Of a stretch of DNA of 64,000 bases, positions 1-11,698 are shown in pieces. The notes below the pieces were generated by a model. That model was not told the DNA's origin and did no database searches. It saw nothing but the letters and a program-made list of their open reading frames with translations. The stretch lies in NCBI GenBank assembly GCA_000004985.1, contig GG738904.1. One strand, given 5' to 3'. The translations under genes and the position numbers were made by a program. Positions within the stretch are counted from its first letter, which is position 1, and the number at the start of each line of letters is the position of its first letter. The stretch is from Naegleria gruberi. Its lineage: Eukaryota.

Positions 1-644
1 AACTTTGGCTATAAAACTGCCTATAAAATGGTTTTTACTAAGGAGGTCCATGCTGTGGTTGGTGATTACATTGAAATGAGTGAATGGTTGGAAGCAAATA
101 AGGGAAATTGCTCTCGTTGTTATATGAAAATTACAGATTCTTCTCAGAATTTCGGATCTTTCACAGCCAAATTTTCGGTATCATCAGCGAGAAGTAGCCT
201 TCTGTATGGAGAGCCAATTATTGTTCTTCTTGATGATGATTATTGGTTTAATGGCAATCTATTAGAATTCTTATAAAAAAGGCTCCACAAGGTTGAAACC
301 TTGTTGATCAAACAATTTATATTACTATTATTTTATTACTATTCATTGTTGTTGTTAATTCTCTTGGTGATTAAGCCATCACGAATTGATGATATTTTTT
401 TTATTTAAATTTTAAATTCAAAAAATTGGCGCCAAGTTTCATCAACGGTTTTAACAACATATTATTTTATGTGAAGGAAATGTCGTGATGATGGATTTTA
501 TTGTGTAGTATTTGATGTTAATAAGCAATTCCGAGAGTCGGATGAATTTATAATACCTTACCGATTTTTTAAATAATTATTACAATTTATTAATTATTAA
601 TTGCTTTTCCAAGAATTATTATTTACAAATCATTATTATATACA

Positions 645-2444
645 TTATTTGGTCGGAATTTTAAGTGAATCCAGATTCAAATCACTTCTCAAATTCTTCA
701 CCTTATTACTCTCAAACTTGACCTTATTCTTCTTAACATGTTGCTTTTGAGTTTGTTTCTGAAATTCCACAGTTTGCTTGAATCGATGATGAGTATCCAA
801 CATCAAGACACATATTTCACTTTCCACATTATCAAACAGAGTATCAGTCAAATGTTCATTCTCACCACTTGCAAAGTAATCCAATTGTTCCTTAACTCTA
901 TCTGCAGCACTCTTATTAATATTCACTGATTTGTCTCCATTGATATCGAGGAAATCAGTGTAAATTTCAAAGGCAATTTCGTACTTTTTCTTTTCAATTT
1001 CATGGAGATCCTTCTCAGTGTAGCCCTTCTTCTTCTTCTTTTTGTGTTGATGGTCCAAGTTGGAGGAGTTGGCAGTTGCAGAGCTACCTGAATCGGAGAG
1101 AGAATCAGAATGAGAATTTGGACTCATGTCATCATAGAGGAATACTTGAATTTCAAAGGACTTTTCACACAGGATTTTGTAATCTGTAATTTTGTCCAAT
1201 AGTAAGTAATTATCCAAACTCAATTCTTGTTTACAATGGTCCCTGAATAGCTTTCTCAATTTGTTATCCCTCATAGTATCCATCAAGAGGAAGGCGTTGG
1301 CTGCCTTGAGCTTTTTCGTATTACTTGCATCCTTTCGAATAGAGACAATGATTGAGGCAATCACTGATGGCAACACAATGCAAATGGAAACACACACCAC
1401 AATGAGTGAAATTGTAGTGATGGTTACATTAACGCTTCGAGAACTATCTTCCAATTCATTCAGATAGTCAACTGTTGGCTGGAATTCTTCACTGTATCCT
1501 GCAATGTCATATTTGTAAGCGTCAGATTCTAATAACGTCATGGCATATGAATAGTTTCCAATATTTGCCAATTCTAACATTTGAGTTTCAAGAGCAATGG
1601 CCTTGGAAGTTCTCAAATCAGCAACTGAAACATTATGAGTATAGGTATATCGCAAATTAGTTGGCAAATAGGCCAACATTTTCGTAATTTCAGTATTGAA
1701 CTTGGTCTTACTCGTTTCGTATTTTGCAGTATAATTGGCTGTCAGTTGCAAATTGTTATTGGTATAGACAGATGATCTGCAAGCTGCCACCATTCTTTCT
1801 CTATACAATGTAATGTTCAAATCCATACTACCAATTGCTGTTTGTAATTCCGAGTTGACCACATAGTAAGCCACAATCAGGATAAGAAGAGCCATAAAGG
1901 CAAGGAAATTTACAATAAGGGAACTCAAATTCAAAAATTTGACAGGAGTCAATTCAATCGTGGAACCGAAACAAGTTCTAATTTTGAGCATGGTTGTGGA
2001 GGAATGACTTTTAGTGGTAGTCTTTGAACCAATACCAGAGGCAGATCTAGGTTGTTTCTTCTCACCATTATATGGATTACCAGTTGCCACATCATGTTCC
2101 TCAGCAAAATTGGCATTTCTATTCGATTTGTCCATCAGAGCCATCGATCTCATCTCAATGGACACAGAACTGGACTGATGCAAATGATTATTATCATGAG
2201 ATTGCAAAGAACTCGTCGAAGTATTCAAATCAGTTGGCAAATGATGAGAACCATTGGCATAAAGTGAATAATCACAATTATTTGGATCAATTTTGTGAAG
2301 TTCTTCAATGACATTTTGGATGGTTGACTTTTCATGGAGTGAATTCGAAGGAGTGGAAAGAGAAGGATGTTCTGTGATATTCTCTTGTTGCTGCATTTTG
2401 GGAGGTGATTGAGTTGGATTGTTTTTTTGAGTTTGGATATTCAA
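645..2444 (-). CDS. Receptor-like membrane protein with a C-terminal RGS domain. Order is cytoplasmic S/T/N-rich N-terminus, TM1, an intervening loop of about 170 aa, TM2, then an RGS domain split by a poly-K insertion.
   Basis: 599-aa ORF. Two strongly hydrophobic segments (LIVNFLAFMALLILIVAYYVV and ITTISLIVVCVSICIVLPSVIASIIV). The C-terminal region (FLLMDTMRDNKLRKLFRDHCKQELSLDNYLLLDKI ... IAFEIYTDFLDINGDKSVNINKSAADRVKEQL) matches the RGS helix pattern by eye. No splice is needed. Confidence 0.6.
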   Translation of the reverse strand: MNIQTQKNNPTQSPPKMQQQENITEHPSLSTPSNSLHEKSTIQNVIEELHKIDPNNCDYSLYANGSHHLPTDLNTSTSSLQSHDNNHLHQSSSVSIEMRSMALMDKSNRNANFAEEHDVATGNPYNGEKKQPRSASGIGSKTTTKSHSSTTMLKIRTCFGSTIELTPVKFLNLSSLIVNFLAFMALLILIVAYYVVNSELQTAIGSMDLNITLYRERMVAACRSSVYTNNNLQLTANYTAKYETSKTKFNTEITKMLAYLPTNLRYTYTHNVSVADLRTSKAIALETQMLELANIGNYSYAMTLLESDAYKYDIAGYSEEFQPTVDYLNELEDSSRSVNVTITTISLIVVCVSICIVLPSVIASIIVSIRKDASNTKKLKAANAFLLMDTMRDNKLRKLFRDHCKQELSLDNYLLLDKITDYKILCEKSFEIQVFLYDDMSPNSHSDSLSDSGSSATANSSNLDHQHKKKKKKGYTEKDLHEIEKKKYEIAFEIYTDFLDINGDKSVNINKSAADRVKEQLDYFASGENEHLTDTLFDNVESEICVLMLDTHHRFKQTVEFQKQTQKQHVKKNKVKFESNKVKNLRSDLNLDSLKIPTK

Positions 2445-3352
2445 TAGTATGGAGGGTTATTAATATCACAATAGTTTTGAATAGCTTGTGTGTGATAAGA
2501 AGATGAAGATTAAATGTGCGCGCTGTTGGGTTAATGTAATAGAGCATGTAAGAGATTGAGAAAAGGAGTCCTTCATCTTATTTACAATTAGTTTCGTACT
2601 TCTAACAACTCCATTGGAAACTGGTTGGAAAATTCCCAAATTCAAACATTCAAGCATTGCAGCTTTGTTAAATATCAAACATAAAAGTCATTTGTAAAGT
2701 ACGTCCACTCTTTCGCGCACTAAATTTTTGACTCATGTGAAAAATCGATGGTCAATTGTTACGTTCTTGCATGAAGCGGTATTTTAAAATTAAGATCCTC
2801 ATGTGGTAAAGTAAATGAGAATTTGTTGATTTGGAGACATTTTAGGAAGATGACAGTTCTCCCATAACGAAGAAGCGTACTGATTGAAATTGTTCTTTGG
2901 TTTCGAATAATGTTAATATTACTGTAGTTTAATGTTAGAACTGTAGTTTCTGTTCACTGTGAAATATTTCCGCCACCAACACTTACTGCAACAAAATTAC
3001 GTAGAAATCACACTCGGGATGAAAAGAGATTAATCTCCACTGGTATTTTAAAGTAATATTTAATTATTCGAATGGTTTCTTATTCTATAACTAAGGTCAA
3101 ATTACTTGCCGATTTTAGAACGTCGACATTCGGCGAAAGAGAGATTGAGCCGAATAACAAAACTTTCCATAAATTTTCACTGCATGACCAATTTATTTGA
3201 TATTGGAAACTGATATTGACGCAGACGAAACAATTCTTCACTCGCATTACATTGTTTTGTGTGGATATACTTGTCTAATTTTCTTCTCTGGATGTAATTT
3301 TCATCTACAGTGAACCCAGTCGAAACTGTAGATTGATGGTTTGTTGATTCGT

Positions 3353-3721
3353 CTAGTTTCGAATCAATTGTTGGAAAGGACTCTTATCAGTGTTTTCTTT
3401 CATGGTTGACCTAGGTGATGATGAGAATTTGTATCGTCTAATTGGTTGTTGTTGGGCTGGAGGAGACGAATCATTTTGTGGAAATTGGACGAAACTTGCT
3501 TTGGCAGGAAAGGGATTTTGAATTGGTTGGAGAAAAACCTTGCTAGGCGACGGTGGCAAAAGATGTTTTGGAGAGGGAGATTGAGTTTCGAATAGTTTCT
3601 TGGGAGGTAATTGAAACGAAACTCTTGAAATTGAATTCACCCCAGTAGATTCTTCTTGATCGTTATTCATAATTTCAGGAATCTCTACCAGAGACTCATA
3701 ATACGATGCAGCAGAACCCAT
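3353..3721 (-). CDS. Hypothetical small Pro/Ser/Gln-rich protein (MGS N-terminus)
   Basis: 122-aa ORF only. Low-complexity composition with no recognisable domain. Flanked by AT-rich intergenic DNA. Confidence 0.25.
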   Translation of the reverse strand: MGSAASYYESLVEIPEIMNNDQEESTGVNSISRVSFQLPPKKLFETQSPSPKHLLPPSPSKVFLQPIQNPFPAKASFVQFPQNDSSPPAQQQPIRRYKFSSSPRSTMKENTDKSPFQQLIRN

Positions 3722-4153
3722 TCTTAATATTCGAAACTAATCTATATTTAGTTGACTTCAGTTTGGTGTGGACTCGCAAACACCTCAATTCTTGTCGTTT
3801 TATTTTTTTTTGATTTGTGGTTTAACAGCAAAACTTTAAATTCCAATTAAGGCTATTTTGAATATGTTCACTTTTGGCGGGAGATGTGAATCCAAGCTTA
3901 ACATATCTTATTAAAATAACAACTCTGGATAGAGATGATGGTGAGAGATAACTTTGGTTTATATGAAATATTATTCCCACTCAACAATATTATTCCCCAT
4001 TGGATTTATTAAAGTTTTGTAAATCGAAACTTCTTATTAAGAAAAATTGAAATGTTAACATGATTAAAAAATTTCAATTTTAGAATGAAATTCAATCTCT
4101 CTCGTATCCATGAAAAATTCAACAATTTCGAAAAGATTGAGCGAATCGTTTTA

Positions 4154-5476
4154 TTACATGAAATTCGAATACCTTTCAAATTCCCAATCAGTCACACAAT
4201 GATGCACATATTTATCCCATTCTGCTCTCTTAGCCATCTTGAACATGTTGAAATTATGCTCCAGGAAAACTTCCTTCATGAGTGGATCCTTTTCAAATTC
4301 CTTAATGGCTTCCAATAAATTTTCAGGTAATAGTTCGAGACCTTCCTTCTTCAATTCCTCATCCGAATAGTCAAAGACATTGTCTGTTCTGGCAGGTGGT
4401 GCTTCCAATTGATCTTCCATGCCTTGAACACCAGCAGCAATTAAGACACTAAATAAAAGATAGGGATTGGAGAGGAGATCTGGTGAACGAATCTCAACTG
4501 CAGCATCATTGGCACTGGTAAAGAGTGGAACTCTCAATAGGGCAGTTCTATTCTTGTATCCCCAACAGGCAATGGTTGGAGCTTCAAATCCATTCACCAA
4601 TCTCTTATAGGAATTGATGGTTGGATTGGCAATGGCTGTAATTCCCTTCACATGTTTCAAAATGCCGGCAACGTAGGATTTTCCTTGAGCTCCCAATTCA
4701 TCTTGAGCTCCTTCAAAGTTACCAAAGGCGTTGATTTCCTTTCCAGTTTCGTCTTGCTTGAACATTCTCATGTGAATATGTTGTCCACTTCCAGCTTGAT
4801 CTCTGAATGGTTTTGGCATGAAATTAATTTCCAATCCATGTCTGTCAGCAATCACATGAGACAATGACTTGAACATGACCAAATTATCAGCTTGTTTCAA
4901 CAAATCAACATGATTCATTTCAATTTCGTATTGACCTATTCCACATTCGTGATGCAAAACTTGAACTGGAATATTCAATCGTCTACATTCCAAAGAAAGG
5001 TCCATAATGAAAGCTTGTCCCTTAGCAAATGGATACATGGTTGAATATTTACATTGATCGAGTGGTTTTCTAGTTTCCTTATCTAACAAGTAGAATTCAG
5101 GTTCAATCTTGAATGTCATTCTTCTATTCTTTGCTGTCAAATACTTTTCAACAGTTCTTTCCAAGATATATCTACAATCAGAATCAAAATGAGCTCCAGA
5201 ATCTTTACCAACAACGTGGCACAAGACAACAATTCTTCTCATTGGCTTTTTTAACATTGGACAATTGACAGATTCAGGATTTGGATTGGAAATCATTGAA
5301 ATTGGAGGTAATTCAAAGATTGCTTTTGGATCTGGTCTCAAACGAAGATCACTCTGATTAACCAATGCAAATCCAACTGAAGATCCATCAATGGAAGCTC
5401 CTTTCTTCATGCAATCATCTTGTAATAATTCTTCAATGGTGATTGGTGGTGGATTTGAGAGAGTTGGAGTGGTCAT
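4154..5476 (-). CDS. Glutamine synthetase, type I (GlnA-like), intronless
   Basis: 440-aa ORF with GS signatures: DGSS beta-grasp motif (GASIDGSSVGFA), KPFRDQAGSGQHIHMRMF (GSI KP..GSGMHxH-like), NRTALLRVP (NRSAxIRIP-like) and AAGVQGMED. Size and motifs fit GSI rather than the shorter eukaryotic GSII. Confidence 0.85.
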   Translation of the reverse strand: MTTPTLSNPPPITIEELLQDDCMKKGASIDGSSVGFALVNQSDLRLRPDPKAIFELPPISMISNPNPESVNCPMLKKPMRRIVVLCHVVGKDSGAHFDSDCRYILERTVEKYLTAKNRRMTFKIEPEFYLLDKETRKPLDQCKYSTMYPFAKGQAFIMDLSLECRRLNIPVQVLHHECGIGQYEIEMNHVDLLKQADNLVMFKSLSHVIADRHGLEINFMPKPFRDQAGSGQHIHMRMFKQDETGKEINAFGNFEGAQDELGAQGKSYVAGILKHVKGITAIANPTINSYKRLVNGFEAPTIACWGYKNRTALLRVPLFTSANDAAVEIRSPDLLSNPYLLFSVLIAAGVQGMEDQLEAPPARTDNVFDYSDEELKKEGLELLPENLLEAIKEFEKDPLMKEVFLEHNFNMFKMAKRAEWDKYVHHCVTDWEFERYSNFM

Positions 5477-6121
5477 ACAGTGTAATTTACCATGATTATC
5501 GACGAAACTGATGTCAATTCATTGGAAAATTGATTCAATTTCATTAAAACAACGTCATTAAAGATACCGATTGTAAAGCATTGAATTCAAGTGAAGGTGT
5601 GAAGGACTCTTACGCATTTTCGATAAAGTAAATTGGTTCGTTAGGGAGGTAGGTGGAGGCCATTTCGTTGATTTTTTTCTATTTGAAAATGTAAAAATTT
5701 TCATTAATTACTACTATTTATGGATCCCAAATTGAGAATTTCCTATTTTGTCTCTGACAATGACGGAACCATTTCTGGTATTGTAACTGCAGAGATGATA
5801 ATTGATTGTTTCTTTGCAAATAAATAAATTGAATGTTGCAATACATAAAAAATATAATTGGTAAAAATAATATTGAAAATAATATTAAATTATTTAATTT
5901 TGCGATTGTTTACTTTTTTGGCATATTGAAAAATATTATATTCAGGAGAAATTACAAAATTGAAAGTGCAAAATATCATTCTCATAATCTCAAGTTATGA
6001 AATTATCAAATTAATTAAATGACTTCATCTGAGCAATTTCACGTGTTTGGTAATTATCCAAAAATGGAAAGATAATAAATTTGAACGAAAGGAGAGGAAA
6101 ATTGATAGCAAGAAGAAAAAA

Positions 6122-6670
6122 ATGAATAGTCTGCTATCAAAGTCTTTCAAATTGATGCAAAGATGTTCTTCCAAACAACAAGTGCGGAGATTATTTTCAA
6201 TGTCACTTGTCCACAGAAATGACACACCAGTAATTATTGAAGATGAAGAAAAATCATATGCATTACCAGTCATGTTTCGAAACGTTCTTGAGGATGACAT
6301 TTCAAAATCTTCTAATCAATCTGTGGATATGAATTTAACTAACGAAATTATGGATCACAATTTCACAATGTTTGATATGATTGGCGACAAGGAATTACTA
6401 TGCAAACAAGCAATTGTTTGGTTGAATTTCCACTCTGATAAGACAGTTAAGGATTTGGAAGTATATTTAAGGGATTGTCTCAAATTAAACCATTGTAAAC
6501 TTAAATTTGATGCAAAATCTAAAAAATTAACAATTTCAGAAAAGGAAGGAAATTCATCAAAATCAATCTTTTTCAAGGATACTACAATTGAATCATCCCA
6601 TGAAAAGATGGATGGCATGAGTGTTCTTTCAAGGTGTAAAGCATATCCAATGTTCTCATTCATGGATTGA
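6122..6670 (+). CDS. Hypothetical protein with a basic, presequence-like N-terminus (start uncertain; ORF spans 6047..6670)
   Basis: 207-aa ORF. An internal Met begins MNSLLSKSFKLMQRCSSKQQVRRLFSMSLV, basic and amphipathic like an organellar targeting peptide. No domain recognised. Confidence 0.4.
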   Translation: MNSLLSKSFKLMQRCSSKQQVRRLFSMSLVHRNDTPVIIEDEEKSYALPVMFRNVLEDDISKSSNQSVDMNLTNEIMDHNFTMFDMIGDKELLCKQAIVWLNFHSDKTVKDLEVYLRDCLKLNHCKLKFDAKSKKLTISEKEGNSSKSIFFKDTTIESSHEKMDGMSVLSRCKAYPMFSFMD

Positions 6671-7214
6671 GAATTTCAATTTTCCTAACATTCCTGTAAA
6701 TAAACTTTGTAATCATATTCGACATCAATCTAGCTTTAAAAATTAATTCTATTTAATTTCAATTTTGTTTTTTGTCGTCCTGGGTGGGTATCTATCAGAT
6801 CATCCCTCATCAATACCATCTCCAATTATGAATCAATCACAAGTTTTTACTAATATTGTCGTGAGTAATCTAACACATCTTTTGTACTATCGAACGATCT
6901 TTGCATTCGGGTGTAATAAATTAAAATTCTTCATCGTGTTGTCTTTTTTATGAATTTGATGCGGGTTTAAAATCCAAAGCCATCATCATTTTGTTAATTA
7001 TTAATTTTTTTTAAAATTAAAATTAAAAAAACAAGAATGTTCTCTTCATATTCTTAACAACCATAGTCGGAGGCCATTATTAATTTCTCATAATTGATAT
7101 TAGAGCATTATCATCATCAATTTAACTAGCCATATTGTTTCAGTATTATTTGTAATTTTTGGCAATAATTTAATGTATTAGTGCCCATACATCATCCATA
7201 AATTACAAATGATT

Positions 7215-8175
7215 GTTTTCGGAATGTACAAAGAAAAACCGGATTAAACCTTAGATTGACTAGTTTGAGTATAGGTAGTAGTATTAGTATTAGTTGTTGT
7301 TGTGTCTTGTTCGGATTGATTTCTATTGAAAAAATCAAAGGAAGGATGATATAAACACATGACCAAAATTGAAAATATTAAAATTCCCAAACAATTCAAA
7401 AAATCATAAAACAATGATGAATAATTCCAGACAAAACTAACAGCACCCAATCCAACTGCAATAATTTGAAAAAATGTTGAAAATATCAAAACTGAAAGCA
7501 AAATGATAATTTTCAAAATGGGTTGTTTCCATGAATAGGATTGAGATTGATCTTTGAATTGTTTTCTTGTCTTGTTGAGGAGTATAATCACTCTTGAAAA
7601 CACAATCTATTCATTATTTCAAAATAATTTTAGTTTTCATAATTTGCATTTAGAATTATGAGAATGTTAAATGAAAACTTACTGAAATTGCAATTGTTTG
7701 AACAATTAATTGAATTGCAAAGAATGCGAAACAAGCAATCACGAATATGAACAATATATCATCAGCATATGGTATCCCAACAGTTTCTGTTGTCAATGTA
7801 CTATTCCTGTTTATCATAACATCTTGATAGAGTTGATCTGTTTCATTCACATTATTCACTTTCAAATAATTGTGAAATCGTTCAACAATGGAAATATTAC
7901 AAAAAGTATAAGCAGTTCTTGCACACAATGCCAATGTTTGAACAATCAACAATGTATTCACGAGAATGAGAACAATTCTCTGAGCCTTCCTCAATGTCTT
8001 CCAAGTTTGATTCCTCACAATGAAAATAATCATGACAAGAATGAGTGAAATGAACAACAAGATGAAGAGAAAGGAAATCGATTGATCTATAGCACTCAAC
8101 AGAGTATCATCAAAATCATCAATAGTAAACACTGGAGAGGAGACATTGTTGGTAGAAGATGACGTTTCGTTTACC
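7215..8175. repeat. Inverted repeat arm 1 (partner arm at about 12165..13355)
   Basis: Translated ORFs on opposite strands are identical over more than 250 aa (SSPVFTIDDFDDTLLSAIDQSISFLF... and ...NKTRKQFKDQSQSYSWKQPILKIIILLSVLIF...). Intron and 3' flank (caatctaaggtttaatccggtttttctttgtaca) are also shared. Confidence 0.75.
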
Positions 8176-8225
8176 TGGTAGTTTACTAGAAGAGCTAGTT
8201 CGGCAAGTTTTCCAACAGAATGCAT
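7244..8225 (-). CDS. Multi-pass membrane protein, copy A of an inverted duplicate pair. Two exons, join(7244..7606, 7682..8225).
   Basis: ORFs 7656..8294 and 7244..7603 are joined by a 75-nt GTAAGT..AATAG intron (7607..7681) that is itself near-identical to the intron of copy B. Several hydrophobic helices are present. The first in-frame ATG gives MHSVGK at 8225. Confidence 0.6.
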
Positions 8226-8956
8226 CTTTGTTTGTTTTTTTCTTTTGTGATTAGTGAAGTATGACAACGTTACAGGAATGAAAACGAATAACAATTTGAG
8301 AGATATGGATTACTAATTGGAAGAATAGTTGCAACTAACAAATATAGAAAATATTTCCTTGAAATATTTGCAAACCCCGAAGCACTCCAGAAATATTCAC
8401 AAATTCAAAAGTTAATTGTTTCTTTCAATCGATAATTATGAAGTTGCAGGTAGAAACAAGCTCTCTGCAACTGGTACTTTTCGGCAAGGAGTTATCTCGA
8501 AAAAAATGGAAGAAACCACCAGTTAAATAGTTCAATAAGGATGTACCAGAGAAGTAAGATTCAGTGATGCAATTCTATGACTACTACACTATCTAGATTT
8601 TCCCAAAAAACAATGTCTGCAAATGAGCCTGCTAGAGTTGACAGACTAGAAATATTTGCTGTAAACTCATCGAATCTTCAGTTTGAAAACATAGAGAGGG
8701 TAAACAAGCTAATTATTACAAAAAGAAATCTCAAAACTTCTATTTTCCAATTATTTACTCATTTCCTTTTGGTAAAGGATATTTGGCAATGGATTATGAA
8801 AATAATCTTGATAATTTAGTTTCATTCTTTCCATTTATGGATCAAGTTCGAAGGTTTCGTATGTCCAACCTGTTGGACTTTAGCAATGAGAAATAGAGCG
8901 CCAACGTATTGTGTTCAACACAGAGATACCACAGAACTTGGATTTATTCAAAAAAA

Positions 8957-11475
8957 ATGCAAAGACTAAACTTTATTAGAATCCTTTGCTGCTACTTGCT
9001 TACAACAATAATCTTCATGTCAACATGTGTTGTTGAATGTAGAAACATGCATGTCATTGACAAACAAAGTCAATTGCGAGATATATCACAACCTTTCACT
9101 GTGGTTTCTATTCGAAAGTATTACACAAGTTTCGTCAATCATTTGGCACCAATTATGACCTCTGGAGTGGAATTTCTTTCAGATAGTCGACCTCTCCAAG
9201 AATATTTCAATGTTTACTGCGTTTATACTTCAGTTTTCAGCAGTGGAAATTTGGCGCCAAATGACAATTCCATATTAAGTAATCTCAACTCTTCTATTTG
9301 TTCAAGTATAAATCATTTAGACGATTCCAACATGCCAATCGATGCTGCCCATAACAGTTATCTTGTTCTGAACCAAGAACCTTCCATCATCTTCTCCCCA
9401 AATAGTTTACTTCCACTTTGGTCAATTATCTTGAAAAATGCAATGGTTGACCAGACGATGAGGTATAAAGTTTGGAATTATTCGATTTCTGAAACGTTTA
9501 CAATGTATGCACTGTATGATAAAGCAACAAGTATGGAATATGTGTTGGATAGCGATCTAGTTTCGAATAGGGAAGGAATTGTAAAAGAATTGGAAGAGGA
9601 AATATGGAACGATTGTAAATTATTCGAAAGAGTGTACGAAATTCAAATGAGAGAAGGTTTAGGATTGGGATTTTCGTCAATCTCCATTTCTGAAAATAGG
9701 ATTTGCAATGAAACATTACAAAATTCAACATTTATGGAAGAATATCATCAAGCAATTTTGAGAATTGATTTATACTTGAATTTAATGTTGAATTATTCGA
9801 ATCTTGTGAATACTACTGGAAGTTTAACTCAAATGCTTCCAAGTTCCACTTTCTATTTTATGGATAATCTTATTGCTACCTTTAATCCAACCTTTCTAGT
9901 GGAAGCTATTCGAAATGTTTTACAAAATGGAGGATTTAACACATATTTGTCCTATTCGAAACCTTCCTCGAACTATGATATGGAATACTTCTCCATGCTT
10001 CAAAAATCAGATCTGAAACCAGTTTCTCAACTCATGATTCATCCAAATTGTTTCTGCTATTACAACTTGTATGCCTCTCAATATTATTTCAGAGATTCTT
10101 ACCTTCTCAAACTAATCTTCAATGATATAATCTATTTTGGAATATTTTTTATTGGAGTTTTCATCTTCCTCTTTAATTGTGTGAGTTACTGCTTGGATTG
10201 TAAACTTTTTGTAAAGAAGAGAATTCTCCTTCCCTTATTAGGACCTCCAACGTTGATTGTAATCTCAGCATGTTACACTGTATTTTTGAGATCGAAATTT
10301 TCAGTGGCCACTTATTGGATTCTTGTGATTATTGCTGTTTTTCCTGCTCCAATTCTAATTGGTACTTATTTAGTTTCCTTATTTAGATTTTCCTATTGAA
10401 AAATATGGATTTGTGGCAGAAAAAGATTTTCAAATCACCCAAAATTCAGAAACACTTGGCTTCCACATGTACTTCAATGGTATTTTCCATAATTACAACC
10501 TTAATTGTCCTTGTCATTTGTTTGGCACCGATTGTCACTACTTCTGTGGCTATTTTGTTTAGTTCCGCAAATATTCCACAAGAATTGTTTATTCTATTGA
10601 TGGGATTTGAAGTTCTCTTCATGCTATTGTTTGCATTGATATTTTTCATAGTTGACTTGATCAATACTGGAGCTGCAATGATTAAGAGGAAAGGTTTAGG
10701 ATATTATTTCTTCTATGATGATCCTTTCTATTACAGAATTGACTTGTTTATCATGATCTTAATGATGGGATCTGTCATTCCAATCATTGTTGGTTCAGTT
10801 GAGGATGGAACTCCCTATTTCATTGTTCGAAAGGTCTTTACAGTAGTTTTCTTTGTCATGTTCTATGCAATCATTGGTGGAACTGTGACAATTGCTCACT
10901 GGATCAACAAGTTCAGAAGACTGAAATCCAAATACAGAAATGCACAAGTTACCACATTGGAATCATTCTTGGAAGATCAGCAATTTAGAGAAATGTTTCG
11001 AACCTATTCCAAAAATGAATTTTCATTGGAAAATATTATCATGTATGAAGAATTGGAAAAGCTAAAAAAGAACAATAAGGTAACCCCTCAGGAATTGAAA
11101 TCTCTTCAAGAGAAATTCCTCCTTTCATCCTCTGTTCATGAAGTTAATTATCCATCGGCAGTTAAGAAGAACTTTCAAGAATTATTGGATTCGTATAAGG
11201 ATGAGGACGTTTCTTCCAATGACAGTGATTCAACCACACAAACAAAATCATCCAATTCCCTTAAACAATCAACAGGACTTCCAAAGAAGGGAACTGTTAT
11301 GTTGGAAAAGATGTTAGAATTGGTCATGCCAGAATTATTGAAAAACATGTTTGACACATTTTCTCGCTTAAAGACAACACCTGAATTTGGGCATTGGTTT
11401 GAGATGAAGCAAATACAGACAACAGAATTGGGAGAGGAACAACACCAAGAACAACCAAAAGATGAGAAAGTTTAA
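8957..11475 (+). CDS. Receptor with a large N-terminal ectodomain, seven transmembrane segments and a C-terminal RGS domain (7TM-RGS). Probably two exons.
   Basis: ORF 8909..10399 has a signal peptide (MQRLNFIRILCCYLLTTIIFMSTCVVEC), an ectodomain of about 350 aa and 3 TM helices, and ORF 10396..11475 in another frame has 4 more TM helices then an RGS-like region (FRTYSKNEFSLENIIMYEELEKLKK...). A 47-nt GT..AG interval (10373..10419) restores the frame and joins ...IGTYL to KKIFKSPKIQ. Confidence 0.6.
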
Positions 11476-11698
11476 AAACAGCTTAATCCAATAAAAATAA
11501 CATCTCAAAGTATGGGCAGAAATCCTGTATTGTTGGATTTGTTCTCTATTCCAAGTCTACCTTGAATTTTAACCTTTTTCCTTCCTGAATGATGGATTGT
11601 TCACCAAAATGTCTTAAAATTGAACCATATTCAATTCATCACACTCAATATTTCGAGGTAAACACGTTAATGAGGAAATAAGATTCAAACTATTGTGC

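Noticed and set aside
28-276. 82-aa ORF at the window edge
   Set aside because: Short, no recognisable motif and no splice context. It could be the 3' end of a gene truncated by the window, but nothing in the sequence supports a call.
2052-2311. ORFs 2052..2267 and 2072..2311 (+) and other 60-80-aa ORFs inside large genes (for example 22106..22843, 41074..41385, 45208..45642, 56501..56944)
   Set aside because: All are antisense or out-of-frame overlaps of much longer, domain-bearing ORFs.
7710-8048. 112-aa ORF on the plus strand (and its twin 12278..12502 on the minus strand)
   Set aside because: Both lie entirely antisense to the duplicated membrane-protein genes. The identical peptide in both copies is simply a consequence of the inverted duplication. 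Cys/Asn-rich composition is typical of antisense translation of AT-rich coding DNA.
8577-8819. 80-aa ORF upstream of the 7TM-RGS gene
   Set aside because: No domain or signal, and it lies in the probable promoter or 5' UTR region of the receptor gene. It is not frame-compatible with the receptor through any obvious GT..AG pair.
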